A DNA stretch of 40,105 nt from Firmicutes bacterium UBA4882. Lineage in GTDB: Bacteria; Bacillota; UBA4882. The stretch covers positions 1 through 40,105 of the forward strand of contig DHDG01000041.1 in assembly GCA_002399265.1 (NCBI GenBank), written 5' to 3'. The notes under the pieces were generated by a model. It worked only from the letters and a program-made list of their open reading frames with translations. It searched no databases and was not told where the DNA came from. A program made the position numbers and the translations under genes. Shown in pieces: positions 29,557 to 37,719 of this stretch. Within the stretch, counting starts at the first letter, position 1; every line of letters begins with the position of its first letter.

Positions 29557-30324
29557 TCATGCCTCCCAACCCAATCGGATTTGATCAGCGATTTTGGCAA
29601 TAAAGCAAGCATTCGTAGGTTTCCCCTTCCGCTCATCCACTGCAAACCCGAAATATTTGTTCAAAGCGTCTAGTTGCCCGTTGGACCAAGCCTTTTCAAT
29701 CGCAAAGCGCATTGATCTTTCAACCCGATGCGTGGTCGTATTATAGCGCAAGGCGATATCCGGGTACATTTTTTTAGTGATGCCATTTACCGCTTCCGGG
29801 TTTTCCACTGCCATCATTACAGCTTCGCGCAAATAAAGGTATCCTCGAAAATGCACCGGAATACCAAGCTCTACAAATATGCGCGAAATCTGCTTTTCCT
29901 TTTCGGTGACATTCGGGTCGTTTTTGACAACCTGCGTACTTTGATGATCAACTATTTCGATAATGCGGCGCACGAGCACATTCAAGTTAAATGGTTTGAC
30001 AATAAAATAGTCTACGCCAAGCTGCACCGCCTTCTGAGTCATGGTTTCCTGTCCAAAGGCAGATAATACGATGAATTTGGTGCTTTTGCGATTACCCGAG
30101 CGCCTGACCTCTTCCAACACAGCCAAACCGTCAAATTCAGGCATGATCATATCAAGCAGCACAACATCAATATCGGCCGTTTGCAGTTTTTGGAGCACTT
30201 CCCGTCCATTATGTACAATCCCCACAACCGCGAGCCGGGGATGTCCTGCTAAATAATCGCGCAACATGATGCAAAAATCGACATTATCATCCGCAATTAA
30301 GACACGGATCTTCCTTTGCTCCAA
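29557..30324 (-). CDS. spo0A: Sporulation master regulator Spo0A (divergent)
   Basis: Receiver domain (IADDN, LDMIMP..DGL, LSAFGQE, KPF) plus Spo0A_C (GYLYLREA, YPDIA, RVER, KPTN); directly downstream of spoIVB. Confidence 0.88.
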   Translation of the reverse strand: MEQRKIRVLIADDNVDFCIMLRDYLAGHPRLAVVGIVHNGREVLQKLQTADIDVVLLDMIMPEFDGLAVLEEVRRSGNRKSTKFIVLSAFGQETMTQKAVQLGVDYFIVKPFNLNVLVRRIIEIVDHQSTQVVKNDPNVTEKEKQISRIFVELGIPVHFRGYLYLREAVMMAVENPEAVNGITKKMYPDIALRYNTTTHRVERSMRFAIEKAWSNGQLDALNKYFGFAVDERKGKPTNACFIAKIADQIRLGWEA

Positions 30325-31757
30325 TTCATACACTCCTGCTGAATAATCAATTTCGCCTGATAACTATTTGTTGGTTCGATTTCGCCAAATTCACCCAAAC
30401 TCCTCCCTTTGGATGGCAAGGGAACGAGAAAGGCACCAGAAATTACTTCTGGTGCCTTCTCAGGACTGGCCATACGGATCGCTTCCTGCCACATCCATTC
30501 GGCCAGGACTCCATAACCGCGTTTCGGATCATTGACAAACACATGCGTGATCGCCCCAATCAGCCGACCATTCTGAATAATAGGGCTGCCGCTCATCCCT
30601 TGGACAATACCGCCTGTCTTAGCAATTAACGCTCGATCTGTAATGGCAACTACCAAACCTTTATCTCCAGGACGCTGCTGCTGGCTGACACGCTCGATGT
30701 ACACCTCGTAGCGTCCCACCTTATTGCCGCTGATCACGGTTAGAATCTCGGCCGGACCGGTCACAACTTCAGAGGCCGGGGCAATACGGATTGGCTTACC
30801 GTAATCGGATACCGAAGGTTCCTGCTGCAGTCGACCGTAAATCCCATAGCGGCAGTTTTTGTGAATCGTGCCGACGATCGCAGATCCCGGTCGGAACGTG
30901 CCAATTTTCTCCCCCGGTTCTCCCTTGCTACCAGCTTCCACTCCTGATATGTTAGCCTCGACAATCCGGCTCTGGCCGGTCTCCAACTTTACATCCGGGG
31001 CAGGCTGGCTGACCATGTGGCCCAAGGCAGCAAACACTCCGGATTTGGGATCGAAAAATGTCAGTGTGCCAACCCCGGCAGTGGGATCCTGTACATAAAC
31101 TCCCAGCATCGCCCGGGGCCTTAGACCGGCGATCGGCGCTGAAACGACCGGCTTAATTTCCTTGCGGAGTACTTGTCCGTTGCGCTTAATTTTTAGATTA
31201 AGACTTCCCGATGCTGCCAGACCACTGATAATCCTTTCCACATCATCAACTTTGGAAACCTGTTGATCATTAATTGCCAACAGAACATCGCCGGCCAGTA
31301 AACCCGCATTCCTGGCTGGATGGTACTGCTTCCCATCCAATCCGCGCAACGGCACATGCCCGACGATTACTACGCCCTCGGTGGCCAACAATACACCGAT
31401 GGCATGGCCACTCGGAATAACCTCCACATTTTCGGTAACATTAACGACCACGCGGCGGACGGGTATAACCCCGAATAACCTCACCTCAACCTCGGCCCGG
31501 CCGGTATGTTCCGGACCGATTACAAGGGCGGTACAGACGCCACCGTATTTTTCGTTCGCATCGGTGTTTGGAGGTTGTATGACGCCCGCCTGATCTTCTT
31601 TTACGACAATGCTAAGCGGAAATGGGATTCGATACACATACTCTTGCTCTGGTGAAAACCTGAGATCTTCCGGAAAACCAGTTACGCGCAGCGTAATGGC
31701 AACTGCTGCCGCAAATCCTGTCACAAGTACCACCATTATCAGGATCAACCTGATCAT
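30297..31757 (-). CDS. spoIVB: SpoIVB peptidase (S55) with a long C-terminal extension
   Basis: PSGHAIGV, PDZ domain, GVGTLTF, ALGH, TGGIVQGMSGSPIIQNG, THVFVNDP. ATG 31757. Confidence 0.94.
   Translation of the reverse strand: MIRLILIMVVLVTGFAAAVAITLRVTGFPEDLRFSPEQEYVYRIPFPLSIVVKEDQAGVIQPPNTDANEKYGGVCTALVIGPEHTGRAEVEVRLFGVIPVRRVVVNVTENVEVIPSGHAIGVLLATEGVVIVGHVPLRGLDGKQYHPARNAGLLAGDVLLAINDQQVSKVDDVERIISGLAASGSLNLKIKRNGQVLRKEIKPVVSAPIAGLRPRAMLGVYVQDPTAGVGTLTFFDPKSGVFAALGHMVSQPAPDVKLETGQSRIVEANISGVEAGSKGEPGEKIGTFRPGSAIVGTIHKNCRYGIYGRLQQEPSVSDYGKPIRIAPASEVVTGPAEILTVISGNKVGRYEVYIERVSQQQRPGDKGLVVAITDRALIAKTGGIVQGMSGSPIIQNGRLIGAITHVFVNDPKRGYGVLAEWMWQEAIRMASPEKAPEVISGAFLVPLPSKGRSLGEFGEIEPTNSYQAKLIIQQECMNWSKGRSVS
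30380..30404 (-). promoter_or_regulatory. SigH-like spo0A promoter inside the 3' end of the spoIVB ORF
   Basis: AGGAGTT-N11-GGCGAAA; spo0A has a SigH promoter in B. subtilis. Confidence 0.5.
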
Positions 31758-31804
31758 GCGGCCTCGCAAGCAAATCACACTCCAGCGTGGCGTCTGCCAA
31801 AACT

Positions 31805-31834
31805 TAAGATTCCCGCAGAGAGCTGGAGTTATTC
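31805..31834 (-). promoter_or_regulatory. SigF/SigG-like promoter for spoIVB
   Basis: GAATA-N15-GGGAATCTTA. Confidence 0.4.
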
Positions 31835-31866
31835 TGTGAAATATGCCCGGGATGACCAGGCATGAC

Positions 31867-31894
31867 AAAGAGCTGCCTGCAAGGCAGCCCTTTT
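31867..31894 (-). terminator. Terminator after rsfS
   Basis: AAAAGGGCTGCC-TTGCA-GGCAGCTCTTT hairpin. Confidence 0.7.
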
Positions 31895-31906
31895 AAAAAT
31901 CATAAA

Positions 31907-32245
31907 TCATATTATTACTGCATCGCCCCATAAACGTTCCAGATCGTAGAACTCGCGTTCTTCACGATGCATGACATGTACCACAACGTCTCCGTAATCC
32001 AGAAGTACCCAGCGACCCTCAGAATAGCCTTCCCGCCTGATATAATTGACATTCTGAGCTTCAAGCTTTTGCTTCACGGCTTCCGCAATTGCCTGCACCT
32101 GGATCTCAGTGTTACCGGAAAGTATTACATAAATATCGGTAACTCTCGAAATGCCACTTACGTCGAGTGCCACCGGATTTAAGGCCTTTTTGTCTTCGCC
32201 AGCATCTTTCGCCAGCAGCGCTTTTGTTATTGCCTCCAACAACAT
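31907..32245 (-). CDS. rsfS: Ribosome silencing factor RsfS
   Basis: EDKKA, QVQAIA, EG...WVLLDYGDVVVHVM, REFYDLERLWGDA. Start is ATG 32245 or TTG 32239. Confidence 0.95.
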   Translation of the reverse strand: MLLEAITKALLAKDAGEDKKALNPVALDVSGISRVTDIYVILSGNTEIQVQAIAEAVKQKLEAQNVNYIRREGYSEGRWVLLDYGDVVVHVMHREEREFYDLERLWGDAVII

Positions 32246-32281
32246 GCCTCCCCGTTCAATTTTGTTTCCTGCTTTGGCTTC

Positions 32282-32310
32282 ACTATAACAAATTTCAGAC
32301 GCACAGGCAA
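32282..32310 (-). promoter_or_regulatory. SigA-like promoter for rsfS
   Basis: TTGCCT-N17-TATAGT with a TG extension. Confidence 0.6.
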
Positions 32311-32355
32311 GAGTGACATGGGGGTGGCGTGGGTGGGTGCGTTTCTTGGGGCATG

Positions 32356-32383
32356 AAAAAAGAGGGTGCCCGCAGGCCCCTCT
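32356..32383 (-). terminator. Terminator after the RRM gene
   Basis: AGAGGGGCC-TGCG-GGCACCCTCT followed by a T run. Confidence 0.75.
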
Positions 32384-32387
32384 CCAG

Positions 32388-32645
32388 CTACATTCTTGTA
32401 GGACGCGGTTTGGCCTCATTAACAATTATTTCCCGGCCACCCAGATCAACGCCGTTAGTTGCAGTAATGACGCGCTCCACGTCTTCCTCTTCGACCTCAA
32501 CGAAACCATAACCTCTCGACCGACCACTGTCGCGATCTGTGATGATGCGACTGCTTACGACTGTGGCATAGGTGGAGAAGAAATTAGCCAATTCGTCTTC
32601 AGTGGTCCCCCACGGCAGATTCCCGACATACAAAGTTTTACTCAT
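32388..32645 (-). CDS. Single-domain RRM RNA-binding protein
   Basis: RNP2 LYVGNL, RNP1 RGYGFVE, VNEAKPR. ATG 32645 with GAGGT RBS. Confidence 0.93.
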   Translation of the reverse strand: MSKTLYVGNLPWGTTEDELANFFSTYATVVSSRIITDRDSGRSRGYGFVEVEEEDVERVITATNGVDLGGREIIVNEAKPRPTRM

Positions 32646-32800
32646 CAACCGGCTTACCTCTCTTTCCAGGAACGGGGGATGATACGGCCCTGTACGCTCG
32701 TGATTCCCGATTCCCAATAATCTATCCAGTATTATTTCCAACACCGTTCCCGGTATGCGAGTACGCTCCTTATAATATTGGAAATGATGGTTGCCAAATA

Positions 32801-33394
32801 TCAATAAATGCCGTTAGCCTTGATATACCTATAAACCGCCTCTGGCAGCATATAATGGTATGGGCGGCCAGTTTCGATGCGGTTACGGATATCAGTGGAT
32901 GAGATTGAAAACTGCGGCGTATTGATATGATAGACGCGCTCCGGTGGGCAAGATTCCGGATAACGGCTATGAACCATGTCGCCTGCTCCTGGCCTGCCAG
33001 CGACCGCAAAAAAGCATAATTCGGCCAGGCGGCTCGGATTATGCCAGCTGTCAAGCTGGCTAAAGGCGTCCCATCCAATAATAAAATAAACCTCATCCTG
33101 CTCGGCAAGGGTGGCGCGGATGGCTGCGACTGTATCAACGGAATACGAAGGTCCGCTGCGCTGCAGCTCAATATCGCAGACCTGGAAAGCTGGCTCAACC
33201 TTGATCGCCAGTTCGGTCATGCGCAGGCGCTGCTGCACATCGGCAAAAGTGCCATTCTTCTTATGTGGCGGGATACTGCTCGGAATAAACAAGACCCGAT
33301 CCAGTGACAGCTGATGTTGCGCTTCGCTGGCCAGCATCAAGTGGGCGAGATGAATTGGATCAAAGGTGCCGCCAAGTATGCCAAGACGTTGCAT
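32801..33394 (-). CDS. nadD: Nicotinate-nucleotide adenylyltransferase
   Basis: GGTFDPIHLAH, PPHK, SYSVDT, FIIGWD, ISSTDIR. Confidence 0.95.
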   Translation of the reverse strand: MQRLGILGGTFDPIHLAHLMLASEAQHQLSLDRVLFIPSSIPPHKKNGTFADVQQRLRMTELAIKVEPAFQVCDIELQRSGPSYSVDTVAAIRATLAEQDEVYFIIGWDAFSQLDSWHNPSRLAELCFFAVAGRPGAGDMVHSRYPESCPPERVYHINTPQFSISSTDIRNRIETGRPYHYMLPEAVYRYIKANGIY

Positions 33395-33696
33395 TAGTCA
33401 GCCGGCAGCTCAATCCGGGGCTTTTTCACAGAGGCCCTGAAAAGCAGAAAGTTATTGCCCACAACCTGCACAATATCCGCCCCGGTTGCCCCGGCCAGTA
33501 TCTCAGCAATCGCGCGGGCCGTCAAACCCTTATCCGGCAAAAGCCTTACCTTCACAAGCTCTCTTGTTTCCAGCACCCCGTCTGCCTGGCTAATTATCGC
33601 TTCACTGACACCTTCGCGCCCTATGTAAACTACCGGTTCTAACTCATTGCCCATCATTCTGAGATAGCTCCTCGCTTTAGAGGATAGCAACAGCAT
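33394..33696 (-). CDS. yhbY: CRM-domain RNA-binding protein YhbY
   Basis: RSYLR, LEPVVYIGREG, RELVKV, VQVVGN; lies between obg and nadD. Confidence 0.9.
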   Translation of the reverse strand: MLLLSSKARSYLRMMGNELEPVVYIGREGVSEAIISQADGVLETRELVKVRLLPDKGLTARAIAEILAGATGADIVQVVGNNFLLFRASVKKPRIELPAD

Positions 33697-33749
33697 CACT
33701 CCTATTAATTTATTCTTAGCGCGTTATTCACGCCGCGTTATTCACGTAA

Positions 33750-35030
33750 TCATTCATTGGAAAGGTCTAATTCGAACTCATTCTTACCGATACGTACCAG
33801 ACTGCCCTCTTCTGCTCCAGCCTGTTTCATGCGTTCCTCCAAACCGATTTTGCGGAAAAGACGCTGTAGCCTGAGCAACGCTTCATCACTGGACAAGTCG
33901 GTCATCGCCACCAACCGCTCAATCGCAATCCCTTGCGCCTCAAAGATATTCTCAGCAGCGTTATAATGAAGCTCGAAATCGCTCAAATTGGTGGGCGGCT
34001 CCTCTGGCTGAACTTCAACCACTGGACCTTCCGGAGCGGGCGAGTTCTTGACCAGATCTGCCAAACGATACAGCGCCTCCTGAAGACCTTGACCTGTGAC
34101 TGCAGAAATTGGAATCACTTCGTAACCCTGTTCCTTGGCAGTGGCAGCCAGTAAATCAAGGTTCGCTTCCGCTCCCGGTATATCCATCTTATTGGCAATA
34201 ATGAGTGCGTTGCGTGCTGCCATGTCCGGACTGAACATGGCTAATTCATGGCGCACATTGCGAAAATCCTCCACCGGACTACGACCTTCAAAGCCTGACA
34301 CATCTACAACATAAGCAATCACGCGTGTTCTTTCCAAGTGCCTTAGGAAATCAAGTCCCAGCCCGACACCTTGATGCGCCCCTTCGATCAATCCCGGGAT
34401 ATCCGCCACTACAAAGCCGCCACCTTCAAAGTCCACGACCCCCAGATTCGGCTCGAGCGTAGTGAAGGGGTAATCGGCGATTTTCGGGCGCGCTGATGAA
34501 ATTCTGGATAGAAAAGTGGATTTACCGGCGTTGGGATAGCCTGCCAAGCCTACGTCGGCAAGCAGTTTGAGCTCCAATGTGACCGCTTTCTCTTCCGCAG
34601 GTTCGCCCCGTTCTGCAAAACCAGGCGCCTGTCTGGTGGCGTTGGCGAAATGGATGTTACCGCGACCGCCGCGGCCACCCCGGGCGGCAATATAGCGTTG
34701 GTTTGGCTGAACCAAATCAGCCAGCACCCGCCCGGCTTCATCAATGACCATTGTTCCCTGCGGCACCGGAATGACCATGTCCTTACCCTGTCGCCCGGAA
34801 CTCCCGCTGCCGCTCCCCGGACGCCCGGATTCAGCCTTAAAGACATGCTGATACCTAAAGTCGCGCAGTGTCGCCAGACCACTGCTGACTTCAAAAACAA
34901 CATCGCCTCCGCGACCACCGTCACCACCGTCCGGTCCGCCGCGCGGCACGTATTTTTCCCGGCGAAAACTGGCGGCTCCGTCACCGCCACGGCCGGAAAC
35001 AACTTTAATTTCAGCATGATCCACAAACAC
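33750..35030 (-). CDS. obgE: GTPase ObgE
   Basis: FRREKYVPRGGPDGGDGG, GYPNAGKST, YPFTT, DIPG, NKMD. Start at GTG 35030 with AAGGAG RBS. Confidence 0.97.
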   Translation of the reverse strand: MFVDHAEIKVVSGRGGDGAASFRREKYVPRGGPDGGDGGRGGDVVFEVSSGLATLRDFRYQHVFKAESGRPGSGSGSSGRQGKDMVIPVPQGTMVIDEAGRVLADLVQPNQRYIAARGGRGGRGNIHFANATRQAPGFAERGEPAEEKAVTLELKLLADVGLAGYPNAGKSTFLSRISSARPKIADYPFTTLEPNLGVVDFEGGGFVVADIPGLIEGAHQGVGLGLDFLRHLERTRVIAYVVDVSGFEGRSPVEDFRNVRHELAMFSPDMAARNALIIANKMDIPGAEANLDLLAATAKEQGYEVIPISAVTGQGLQEALYRLADLVKNSPAPEGPVVEVQPEEPPTNLSDFELHYNAAENIFEAQGIAIERLVAMTDLSSDEALLRLQRLFRKIGLEERMKQAGAEEGSLVRIGKNEFELDLSNE

Positions 35031-35049
35031 AGCGATACACTCCTTCAAA

Positions 35050-35162
35050 ACAAGGGGACGGTTCTTCCGTCTCCACGACACAAGGGGACACAAGGGGACG
35101 GTTCTTTTGTGCCAACGGGACGAAACTGGGGGACAGCACAAAAGAACCGTCCCCTTGTGTCC
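35050..35162. repeat. REPIN-like element 4: perfect 27-bp inverted repeat plus extra partial copies
   Basis: 35086-35112 GGACACAAGGGGACGGTTCTTTTGTGC and its exact reverse complement at 35136-35162; 23-nt spacer; extra core at 35050-35066 and a partial copy at 35077-35088. Confidence 0.92.
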
Positions 35163-35190
35163 TATTGTCTTCTGCTCCCTATTATGCCCG

Positions 35191-35225
35191 AAAAAAAGAA
35201 GGCCGTACTCTGTCGAACGGCCTTC
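35191..35225 (-). terminator. Terminator after rpmA
   Basis: GAAGGCCGT...ACGGCCTTC followed by T7. Confidence 0.85.
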
Positions 35226-35238
35226 GGATTACTTTCAG

Positions 35239-35511
35239 TTACTTCCCGGCAGCGGCTGCTTCCGCATAAACGCTGACCTGTTTACTGTCGCGCCCTTTGC
35301 GTTCGAAAGCCACAAAGCCGTCGATGAGAGCAAAAAGGGTATTGTCACGGCCCAGACCGACATTGTTTCCGGGATGAATTCTGGTTCCCCGTTGGCGCAC
35401 GATAATGCTACCGGAAGTAACCTGCTGACCGCCGTAACATTTAACTCCCAACATCTGAGGATTACTGTCCCGGCCGTTTCTGGAACTACCTACACCCTTC
35501 TTATGAGCCAT
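35239..35511 (-). CDS. rpmA: 50S ribosomal protein L27 (short form)
   Basis: [31 protein letters not shown]. Confidence 0.98.
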   Translation of the reverse strand: MAHKKGVGSSRNGRDSNPQMLGVKCYGGQQVTSGSIIVRQRGTRIHPGNNVGLGRDNTLFALIDGFVAFERKGRDSKQVSVYAEAAAAGK

Positions 35512-35544
35512 GTCCCCACCTCCTAAGCAAATAAATTGTCAATT

Positions 35545-35856
35545 TTAATATTCGATCTTTTCAATGCGCAACGCGGTATACGGCTGACGATGCCCCTTGC
35601 GGACGCGAATGTTCTTTTTGGCCTTGTAACGCAGTGACAAGACCCGGGGTTCCTTATCCTGTGTTAACACAGTAGCGGTAACTTTCGCTCCTTCCAGATA
35701 AGGACGGCCAATTTTCGTCTCGCCCTCTCCAGATACCAACAGAACATGTTCGAGCCCGACTGTCTGGCCGACTTCGGCCGCCAGTTTTTCAACTCGGATG
35801 ACATCGCCTTCTTTAACCCGAAACTGCTTTGCACCGGTTTCAATCACAGCATGCAT
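35545..35856 (-). CDS. rplU: 50S ribosomal protein L21
   Basis: AVIETGAKQFRV, IGRPYLEGA, KGHRQPYT. ATG 35856. Confidence 0.97.
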   Translation of the reverse strand: MHAVIETGAKQFRVKEGDVIRVEKLAAEVGQTVGLEHVLLVSGEGETKIGRPYLEGAKVTATVLTQDKEPRVLSLRYKAKKNIRVRKGHRQPYTALRIEKIEY

Positions 35857-35877
35857 TGGATGCACACCTCCTCGCCG

Positions 35878-35952
35878 AGACTCGCCGGTTCAGGCACCAT
35901 CAAGGATTTAAAAGCCTGCCCCGTGCGGTTGCTAACGGGATTTGCCCGCACT
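35878..35952 (-). ncRNA. Probable L21 ribosomal-protein leader RNA
   Basis: 5' UTR of rplU containing TAGCAACCGCAC...GGCGAGTC, resembling the Firmicute L21 leader. Boundaries are approximate. Confidence 0.55.
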
Positions 35953-35957
35953 CTGAC

Positions 35958-35986
35958 ATTTTAGCACATCTACCAATCCAGGTCAA
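35958..35986 (-). promoter_or_regulatory. SigA promoter for rplU-rpmA
   Basis: TTGACC-N17-TAAAAT with a TG extension. Confidence 0.7.
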
Positions 35987-37713
35987 TGAATCATTTTTCC
36001 CTTGGCATAGGTGCGATAGGCTTTGTCAATGCGCACTCGCACTCGATTGCCAACGCACTGCGCACCATCCTCAATATCAATAACATAACCTTCAATGCGT
36101 CCAATTCCGTCTCCCGGGTTGCTCAAATGCGGCTCGCGCACTTCCACTTCAATAATGTCGCCTTTAGCAACCGGTAACGCAGCTTTCTCAACTTTATCCT
36201 TTGTACCGGACGTGATCAGCTGGACTTTGCCAGCTTCGATCCCCTCATGCCCCCGGATGTAAATAATCCGTCTTAATTCCTCTTCCAGACGCACCAAATT
36301 ACTGCCACCCGGCCCAATCAGGAGTGACGCCACAGATGGATGCGCGTGAAACAGAAAACCCTTATCAGTATTCTGCGCTACAATTTTCCTAATTTCCCGC
36401 TCAGCCTGACTGGCTAAAGCTTCTTTGGAAAAGACTTTACCAGTTCCGCCGCAGTTTGGGCAGTCATCCGTCAGGTACTCCACTAATCCCTGCCGTACCT
36501 TTTTGCGCGTGACTTCCAGTAATCCCAAAGCTGTAAATCCCAGAATGTTGGATTTCGTCTTATCGCTCTTCAGGGCTTCACCCAAAACTCTAATAACCTC
36601 TTCACGATGGTCTTCTTCAATCATGTCGATAAAATCGATGATAATGATGCCTGCCAAATTACGCAGACGCATCTGCCGGGCGATTTCTCTGGCAGCCTCC
36701 AGGTTGGTGGCCACAACAGTATCTTCCAGAGAAGTCTTTCCAATAAATTTACCAGTATTAACATCAATGACGGTCAAAGCTTCCGTCTGGTCGATCACCA
36801 GATAACCGCCGCAGGATAACCAAACCTTACGCTTAAAAGCGCGTTCGATCTCGCTGCTGATGCCATAAAAATCAAAAATTGGCTGTTCATTTCGATATAA
36901 AGCGATTTTGCCTGCGAATGACGGTGCCAGTACTTTCGCCATCTCCAGGCAGCGTTTGTACGTTCCTTCATGATCAACAACGATTTCATCAATGTCGTCT
37001 GTGAAAAAATCACGCATGATACGATAAACCAGATCATGATCTCTGTATAACAGCTGCGGGGTACGGCCGCGTCTCGTTTTTTTGTGGATGCGGCGCCACG
37101 CATTCAGTAGAAAATTGAGGTCTCCCGCGAGCTCATCTTCTGCAATGCCTTCAGCGACTGTCCTGACAATGACCCCGCATCCCGCAGGTTTCAGCCGCCC
37201 GGCCATGGCACGCAACCGCTCCCGCTCTTTTTCATCCACTATTCGGCGGGAAACTCCCACATAATCGACATTTGGCATTAACACCAGATATCTGCCAGCG
37301 ATCGTCAGCTGGGTAACCACGCGGGCACCCTTGGTACCAATCGGTTCCTTGATCACCTGCACCAACAGATCCTGACCTTCTTTTAATAAGGAACTGATAT
37401 TAGGTGTGTCTTTGTCTTTATCTTTATCTTTGTCTTTTCCCTTCGGAATTTCCGGAGTATCATCCTCGCATTCAAAGATACTTTTCGGACGAATGATGTC
37501 ATCAACGTACAAAAAAGCATTGCGATCCAGTCCAATATTAACAAATGCTGCTTCCATTCCAGGCAACACATTCTCAACCTTACCACGATAGATATTCCCC
37601 ACGACCCGCTCATCATCGGCGCGTTCAAACGCCAACTCGCCAAGGAGGCCGTTTTCGAGAATGGCAACTCTCGTCTCATTAATGCCGGCATTGATCACGA
37701 TAACCTGAGACAA
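35983..37713 (-). CDS. rng: RNase G/E family ribonuclease with C-terminal TRAM domain
   Basis: GNIYRGKVENVLPGMEAAFV, KEPIGTKGA, IDVNTG, GIIIIDFID, CPNCGGTG, GDGIGRIEGYVI. Confidence 0.92.
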   Translation of the reverse strand: MSQVIVINAGINETRVAILENGLLGELAFERADDERVVGNIYRGKVENVLPGMEAAFVNIGLDRNAFLYVDDIIRPKSIFECEDDTPEIPKGKDKDKDKDKDTPNISSLLKEGQDLLVQVIKEPIGTKGARVVTQLTIAGRYLVLMPNVDYVGVSRRIVDEKERERLRAMAGRLKPAGCGVIVRTVAEGIAEDELAGDLNFLLNAWRRIHKKTRRGRTPQLLYRDHDLVYRIMRDFFTDDIDEIVVDHEGTYKRCLEMAKVLAPSFAGKIALYRNEQPIFDFYGISSEIERAFKRKVWLSCGGYLVIDQTEALTVIDVNTGKFIGKTSLEDTVVATNLEAAREIARQMRLRNLAGIIIIDFIDMIEEDHREEVIRVLGEALKSDKTKSNILGFTALGLLEVTRKKVRQGLVEYLTDDCPNCGGTGKVFSKEALASQAEREIRKIVAQNTDKGFLFHAHPSVASLLIGPGGSNLVRLEEELRRIIYIRGHEGIEAGKVQLITSGTKDKVEKAALPVAKGDIIEVEVREPHLSNPGDGIGRIEGYVIDIEDGAQCVGNRVRVRIDKAYRTYAKGKMIH

Positions 37714-37719
37714 GCCTCC

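Noticed and set aside
29526-29645. Frameshifted or extended steA start (ATG overlapping the spo0A stop)
   Set aside because: That ATG is out of frame and only 1 nt from GGAGG. Recognisable SteA sequence starts near GTG 29525, so no frameshift is needed.
35031-35141. N-terminal extension of ObgE
   Set aside because: It is translated REP DNA; homology and the RBS point to GTG 35030.
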